Shown here: positions 58,701-64,000 of the stretch, in pieces
How the letters are laid out: every line of letters begins with the position of its first letter
How positions within the stretch are numbered: position 1 is the first letter of the stretch
Assembly (NCBI RefSeq): GCF_963921235.1
Contig: NC_086124.1
Location: 1,612,001-1,676,000 of the forward strand
Source of the DNA: Mobula hypostoma
Taxonomy: Eukaryota
Reading direction: 5' to 3'
DNA: 64,000 nucleotides
Made by a program: the position numbers and the translations under genes
Notes under the pieces: model-generated
What the model was told of the DNA's origin: nothing
Database searches by the model: none
What the model saw: only the letters and a program-made list of their open reading frames with translations

Positions 58701-61700
58701 AAGTACATATATGTCACCATATACAAGCCTGAGATTCATTTTCCTGTGGGCTTATTCAGCAAATCTATAGAACAGTAACTGTAACAGGATCAATGAAAGA
58801 TCAACCAGAGTGCAGAAGACAACAAACTGTGCAAATGCAAATATAAATAAATAGCAATAAATAATGAGAACATGTGATAAAGAGTCCTCAAAATGAGATC
58901 ATTGGTTGTGAGAACATCTCAATGGATAGGCAAGTGGGTATAGTTGTCGTCTTTTGTTCAGGAACCTGATGTTTGCGGGGTAGTAACTGTTCCTGTACCT
59001 GGTGGTGTGAGTCCTGAGGCTCCTGTACCTTCTACCTGATGGCAGCAGCGAGAAGAGAGTTTATCCTGGGTGGTGGGGATCTCTGATGATGGTAGCTGCT
59101 TTCCTATTTTCCTGTTTCATGTAGGTGTACTGCAGGAAGTTTGCAGGTGACATGACACTAACCTTTTACATCTTTTCACAGATAGTGATCTTCAGACAGA
59201 GAACGGGCAATGTAAACCACACCAGGTCAGGTGTTACAGATGTGGACGTCGAAAGACAAAACAAGATGGTGAATGCTGTGGCGAAAGAAGCGGTCGAAGA
59301 AATCGAGCCAGCAAAGAGAGATCAGACGAGTATTACTTTGAGTCTAGGATAAGTGATGGTTCCTCAAAGAACCTGCAGGAGAAGAGGTCAGTTACTATTA
59401 ATCTTATGGAAGAATTAACCTACACTTTTCTAAAATACGATGTTTGCTTCTCAATTGCAAAGCGGTTTCCTATTGTACGGTATCATCTCCATGGTGATAT
59501 GTTGCAGCAGAGTGATGATGTCACTATAAAGTTTCAATTACATCATTAATTCTGCTCCAATGGCAGGCGAGTTCTCTGTTTCCTCTCCCTCGGCAGCCTT
59601 CCCGCTTCCACTTGCTGGGATTGATTGGTGCAATAATGTGTTGAAGACGTTCGACTCCAGTGTAGCGGTTGCTGCTAGCTGTCTTGAGTATTTATATTTA
59701 TTGTGTTTTTATTATTATTATTGTGTTCCTTATTGTTTTGTGTATTTTTTGCGTTGCATCGAATCTGGAGTGACAGATGTTTGTTCTCCTTTACATTCGT
59801 GTACTGGAAATGGCATTAAACAGTTTTGAATCTTGTGAGCCATGGGGCACCCTGTCTGTTAGAACAGGCAAAAAAAAACAGGTGTAACAGAGCAACACGG
59901 ACAAACTGTTGGAGGAACTCAGCAGATCAGGCAGCATCTGAGGAGGAGAATAAACAGCTGACATTTGCAACAAAACTCTTCAATGATGGATATGGTCCCT
60001 GCAAATTGCTCTGCCACCCACGGCCTGATGAACCGAGTCTGTAGCTATCCTTTCATCAGCAACTGTAGGCCCTGCACCAAGGTATCGTCTCAAAGTCGTC
60101 TTTGTTGTTTTTCTCCGCAGCCCCTGGCATTCCCACCTCACCACGGAGCTGATAACTCAAAAGTTAGATTTAGTTTCAGATTTTAAAGGTATTTAATACT
60201 AATCATGAATCCATCAAAACGTTCGGCGAAATGCGTTGTTTGCGTTAACAACCAACACACCCGAGGATGTGCTGAGGGCAGCCCGCAAGTGTTGCCACGC
60301 ATTCCAGCGCCAGCATAGCTTACCCACAATGCACAGCCAAAATACAGCAAGCAACAATCTGCTCCCACTCAGACAGGCCTTCAACCCCAGGGTGGACTGC
60401 CTCCAGCCTCCAGACCACGACCCTGGACTCACTGCATTGTCCCCCACATCACAGGCTCCGCACCCCCGTCCCCATTCTCTCTGCTCCTCCTCTCCAAGAC
60501 TTTTGTTACTCTAGCAAAAAAAGATCTTCAAAATGTCATTTTCTAATAGTACGTATCAAACCACCAGTATCAGAATGAGGGTTTGTGGCAAATTACCACG
60601 TTATTTACCAAATTATTTTTATTGATTGATCGATTTATCGAGATACAGTGCAGGAATGCCCGTCCATCCCCTTGAATTGCACACCAGCAATTCCCCGACT
60701 TAATCCCAGCCTAATCACAGGACAGTTTACAAGGACCAATTAACCTACTAACCGGTAGGTCATTGGACTGTGGGAGGAAACCAGAACACCCGGAGGAAAC
60801 CACGTGGTCACGGGGAGAGCTTACAAACTCCTTACAGGCAGGGGCGGGAATTGAGCCCGGGTACCTGGTACCATAGAGCTCTGTGCTAACCACTATGTTA
60901 CCGTGCTGCCACACCACGTTGCCAAGGAACTCCACATAGAAATCTCAACTCTGAACTGCTTCCACAACCTACAGACTCACTTTCAAGGTCTCCGCAACTC
61001 ACGTTCTCAGTATTATTTATTTATTATATTTTTCGGGTTTGTCTTTTGCACGTTGGTTGTCAGTCTCTGTGCAAGGTTTATCATTGAATCTTTTGTAGTT
61101 CTCTGTTCTATTGTGAGTGCCTGCAAGAATATTTAATTTGAACTTTGAACATTGAATTAATTCATCAGTACAAAATGTTTTTCGAACTTTGCCAGGGTAT
61201 CTTCTAAAACTCCGTCCATTTGATTTTCATTATTGTTTCTCAATAAGCTGATCTGCACAGTCAGCTGTTGTAAACTGAACTTGTTGAATCCGTTAACACG
61301 AGGAAATCTGCAGGTGCTGGAATTTGAATCCGTTACCTGGTCTTCACTGAACCCATGAGCGCTGTATCCCTATTTTTGCTCTCTGTTTGCCCTAGTTTAT
61401 GTAATTTATTTTTTATATATTTTTCTCATAGTAATTAATAGTTTTTTTAATGTATTGCACTGTACTGCTGCTGCAGAACAACAAATTCCTCGTCAAGCAT
61501 CAGTAATGTGAAGAGGGGCTCTGACTCTGATTCCCCGATGTTAACCACACAGACTCATGGCAAGCAGAGGCTGCCTTCCTCCCTGTCATGTCATGCTTGT
61601 AGTGCAGGGCGTGTTCACAACACTCCATGGTAAATACTCACAATCTGCTGAAAAGTTAATGTAACAGAACATAACGACACCACTGGCCTCTTTCAGTAGA

Positions 61701-63283
61701 TTAAGGGCACGGAGATATGCAGGACATAGAACAGTACGGGTCCCTCGGCCAGCCATGTTGTGCCGACCCCTTAACCTACTCTAAGATCAAACTAATCCCA
61801 CATAGTCCTCCATTTTCTTTCATCCACTTGCCTATCTGAGAGTCTCTCAAATTTCCCTAATGTACCTGCCGTTACCACCACCCCAGCTGGGTGTTCCATG
61901 TACCCACCCTACGCTGTGTAAAAAACCTGTTTCTGACATTCCCCCACCCCCCATACATTCCTCGAATCACCTTAACATCATACCCTCTCATATTAGCCAT
62001 TTCCACCCTGGGAAAACATCCCTGACTGTCCGCTCGATCTTGTACACCTCCATCAAGTCGCCCCTCAGCTTCCTGTACTCCAAAGAGAAAAGCCCTCACT
62101 CAGTGTATCGTCGTAAAGCACGATCTCTAATCCAGACAGCATCCCGGTAAATCATCCTCTGTAAAGCTTCCACATCCTTCCTATAATGAGGCAATCAGAA
62201 CTAAACATGATACTCCAGATGTGGTCTAACCAGGGTTTTATAGAGCTGCAACATTACCGCACGACTCTTGAACTCAATCCCCTGACTAATGAAGGCCAAT
62301 CTTAACGAAGCTATCAACTTGTGTGGCGGCTTGAAGAGATCTATGGTCATGGTGGGTGACGGGGTGGAGATACGTCTCTACCAAAGGAGGTGTAAGATGC
62401 TCCTTCCCTCTACTAGCCTGCAGGTCACCCTTGGGCAAGGTGTAGCACCTGCTAAGCACCTCTCCCCACCTCCCCGATCAGGGTCGCGTGAAGCCATGGG
62501 GGATGGTCATATGAGCAGCTTGTGCACATCACAAGTCCTGGTTATGCAACCACCAACACCAAGTAGACAATCTCTGAAGAGTATTGAGAATGGCTGGGGT
62601 CACCCACCTTGTAAAGACACTGCCCAGAAGGCAGCAATGACAAACCACTTCTATAGAAAAGTTTGCCAAGAACAATCATGGTTACGGAAAGATCACGATC
62701 ACCCACGTCATCTGACACGGCACACAATGATGATGTCATATGACATGGTATGTAATGATGATGTCATAGACACAGAACACAACAATGATGTCATACAACA
62801 CAGCACGTAATGATGACAATAAACAACATCCTTGAGCCCCACCCTCCTGCTGATGGTTAAGTCGCTAGCTAACATTGTTTCAAGGTTCTCTTGTGTGGAT
62901 TGTTCTAGCACTAAACTGAGATTTTTTTTCCAATGACAGCTACTTGTACTTGAAGCTCATTTATTGATTGCTTCTTCATTCCCTTTGACAGCATCTTTTC
63001 ATGGAATCGTGCGCTTCCTGAGCCCCAGAGTGGATGTGTATGGATCAGGCAGAATTCCCTTATTCTTCCCTATGAGTGGGAGGACGACTGTGAGATGATC
63101 GACTGGGTGATTGACCAGTACCTTCAGGAGAATGACAGCATTTCCGCCTACTACAAGGGCAAGATTATTCTGACCTTGAAGGATGCTTTGGGAATCACGT
63201 CGACAGCCGCAGATTCAGAAAACCTGCCAAAAAGACTCCAGAGTCATGGGTTTGAAGCAAGCATCCCGGTTATCCCAGAGATG
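46697..63283 (+). CDS. Uncharacterised multi-exon protein-coding gene (at least 287 aa, 3' part presumably beyond the window); last exon possibly an SLC4A11/Band-3-like cytoplasmic domain
   Basis: Exons 46697-46731, 47857-48007, 51467-51564, 57657-57736, 59182-59386 and 62992-63283 are non-repeat islands with pyrimidine-rich acceptors and donors. Junction phases 2,0,2,1,2 all match and there is no stop over 861 nt. Confidence 0.75.
47292..47842 (-). mobile_element. Internally deleted Tc1-like element (same family as 28815-29378, opposite orientation)
   Basis: cattcagtggccactttatta ... taataaagcatccattgagtg TIRs. Confidence 0.78.
47857..48007 (+). CDS. Novel gene exon with GC donor
   Basis: ttcctctctacag|FLESMFEVSMCPESVELNRENEGLPKDCETPSVRTKLRRSAEQNRKYTRE|gcaagt. 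Confidence 0.65.
48325..49782 (-). mobile_element. CR1 with RT remnant and an internal inverted duplication
   Basis: HGFVRGRSYLTNL, LDFSKVFD, FADDTK; 48712-48877 is an inverted copy of 49203-49391. Confidence 0.85.
50105..50553 (-). mobile_element. CR1 3' fragment
   Basis: Highly similar to 27438-28048. Confidence 0.92.
50561..50740 (-). mobile_element. L1 ORF2 C-terminal fragment
   Basis: VIAFVALLARRAVLLGWKDASAPTLIQWF. Confidence 0.7.
50777..50918 (+). mobile_element. 142-bp Penelope pLTR-derived insertion with inverted 5' piece and hammerhead-like motif
   Basis: 13-bp TSD CTATTCCTTCATG (50764-50776 and 50919-50931); agtcCTGACAAagggtctcgtcccGAAAcgtcaact. Confidence 0.78.
51228..51352 (-). 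mobile_element. HE1/V-SINE fragment
   Basis: V-domain core and tRNA head. Confidence 0.72.
51467..51564 (+). CDS. Novel gene exon
   Basis: ttctaac branch point, long pyrimidine tract, cag|KCMECNGCKGNYQRLKKTYQASWEQTPAIKSC|gtatct. Confidence 0.72.
51715..51982 (-). mobile_element. HE1/V-SINE
   Basis: Full head, core and tail; homologous to 9458-9720. Confidence 0.82.
53641..54218. repeat. Irregular 48-70-bp tandem repeat (gagttgtgcaaYacctcaggttatggacaggaggc...)
   Basis: About ten recurrences of the core; the ~120-bp block encoding MDRRL..DTRVVEHLV.SIGS occurs twice. Confidence 0.85.
54750..55830 (-). mobile_element. Hero-like (R2-group, RLE-encoding) non-LTR retrotransposon C-terminal fragment
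   Basis: LHTWGLREDPNCKLCGQQGSLLHILSQC (CCHC knuckle), GRYRWCHD (RHD-like), LDIILW...IIQVELTVPRE...RKALKY (decayed PD-(D/E)xK nuclease); abuts a CR1 fragment at 54520-54750. Confidence 0.82.
56135..56548 (-). mobile_element. RTE-type LINE-derived element
   Basis: RTE-like 5' region (GATTGTCACCTTGTCGCGGTGGAGAAGCTTG...CCATGGCGGTAAGGTC) joined to an RTE-like 3' end. Confidence 0.6.
57074..57500. mobile_element. Non-autonomous TIR-type repeat
   Basis: cacactgtgcaaaag...cttttgcacagtgtg inverted ends; family shared with 10095-11870. Confidence 0.65.
57657..57736 (+). CDS. Novel gene exon
   Basis: ttttaccag|(S)EERLTEKRCTLISGRKHTKKTADYDD|gtaagt. Confidence 0.72.
57912..58172 (-). mobile_element. 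CR1 3' end
   Basis: Similar to the tail of 15924-16200. Confidence 0.75.
59182..59386 (+). CDS. Novel gene exon
   Basis: cactaac branch point, ttttcacag|DSDLQTENGQCKPHQVRCYRCGRRKTKQDGECCGERSGRRNRASKERSDEYYFESRISDGSSKNLQEK|gtcagt. Confidence 0.75.
60635..60915 (-). mobile_element. HE1/V-SINE
   Basis: V-domain core and tRNA head. Confidence 0.75.
61725..62335 (-). mobile_element. CR1 3' fragment
   Basis: RNRFFTQRRVGTWN remnant and CR1 tail. Confidence 0.72.
62350..62815 (+). mobile_element. SINE-like element with RTE tail and tandemly repeated end
   Basis: Homologous to 15350-15770; repeated atgatgtcataNNacacagcac units. Confidence 0.7.
62992..63283 (+). CDS. Novel gene exon (globular-looking domain)
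   Basis: ttccctttgacag|(S)IFSWNRALPEPQSGCVWIRQNSLILPYEWEDDCEMIDWVIDQYLQENDSISAYYKGKIILTLKDALGITSTAADSENLPKRLQSHGFEASIPVIPEM|gtctgt, 292 nt open. Confidence 0.8.
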
Positions 63284-63584
63284 GTCTGTTAACCAATTCT
63301 ATTTGTTTTTAATTGTAATACAAATATGAAATTGTTTACACCTTCCGTTGTGTCTCTTTGGTTTCCTGCTGTCAGGGAATAGGAGAGATTTCCACATGTG
63401 GCAGCTTTCTGGACATGTGAACTGAGGAAAATTAACAAGGACAGGTCACTTAAAAGCTTTGTCCTAACCAATCTCAGTCTGACTCTCGTTCAGTGTCAAT
63501 AGACGTCACACTCCAGTAGAAGTGACTGGATAATGAGGAGCCCACAGTCCTGCAGCCTTTCATCCGTCTGTTACGGCCGATGAC

Positions 63585-63657
63585 AGCCCAGCACAGGACG
63601 AGACGGGACAGGACAGGACAGCCCAGGACAAGACGGGACAGGACGGGACGAGACAGG
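63585..63657. repeat. (GACRG)n pentanucleotide microsatellite
   Basis: Direct observation. Confidence 0.85.
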
Positions 63658-64000
63658 GATCTTCCCCATATTCAGACCTGTCACCGACTGCATACAGCTT
63701 TCACCTGATAAATCTCTGGGAAAATTTGCACTCAATGTATCAGGCAATGTAGTTCTAAATTCTAAAGAGTTGAAGGTCAAATCAGATGATAGTCTTAGGG
63801 CAAAAAAGAACTTCTGAAGAAACAAGGTGATTGAGATGTTGAAATCCATCTTGTTTTTGAATATTAGTTCTTCACCTCACTGGTCTAATCTTAACCTGCA
63901 CCACTTTCTAAGGGTTCACTGTGCTTCCTAGCTTTTGTGGCAGGTTGGGCTCCATAGAACATAGAACGTAGAACAGTCCAGCACAGCACAGGCCCTTCAG

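Noticed and set aside
63704-63812. Minus-strand exon-like segment (cag|KFFFALRLSSDL...RDLS|gtgaaa)
   Set aside because: Isolated, weak donor, no partner exons, antisense to the better-supported plus-strand gene.
33000-64000. Expected DCDC2B, IQCC or CCDC28B from human synteny
   Set aside because: No doublecortin-domain or other recognisable exons of these genes on either strand.

Overview
Eukaryotic, repeat-rich vertebrate DNA. The repeat content (CR1/HER1-type LINEs, HE1/V-SINEs, Rex1, Penelope-like remnants) points to a cartilaginous fish, probably a ray; this is inference. Three spliced genes can be read from the sequence. (1) EIF3I on the minus strand: coding exons 1-8 (13003 to 1403), continuing off the left edge, with a U12-type intron 3. 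(2) TMEM234 on the plus strand: complete, 5 coding exons (13120-32826, 133 aa), head-to-head with EIF3I across a 116-bp CpG-rich bidirectional promoter with ETS sites. (3) An unrecognised plus-strand gene that the ORF track does not reveal: six phase-compatible exons (46697-63283, one GC-AG intron) give a 287-codon frame that is still open at the last exon found. Its last exon resembles, by eye, the SLC4A11/Band-3 (PTS-EIIA-like) cytoplasmic domain, and a CRE plus RFX X-box pair lies upstream. The rest is mostly transposon debris: many CR1s, a degenerate full-length Tc1, Tc1 deletion derivatives, Rex1, L1, RTE, a Hero-type RLE retroelement and minisatellites. About ten Penelope-derived segments carry a minimal hammerhead-ribozyme motif, and two of them are tiny insertions with 13-bp target-site duplications. 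A 585-nt assembly gap lies at 22434-23018. TE boundaries are approximate and all homology calls are from recall, not database searches.
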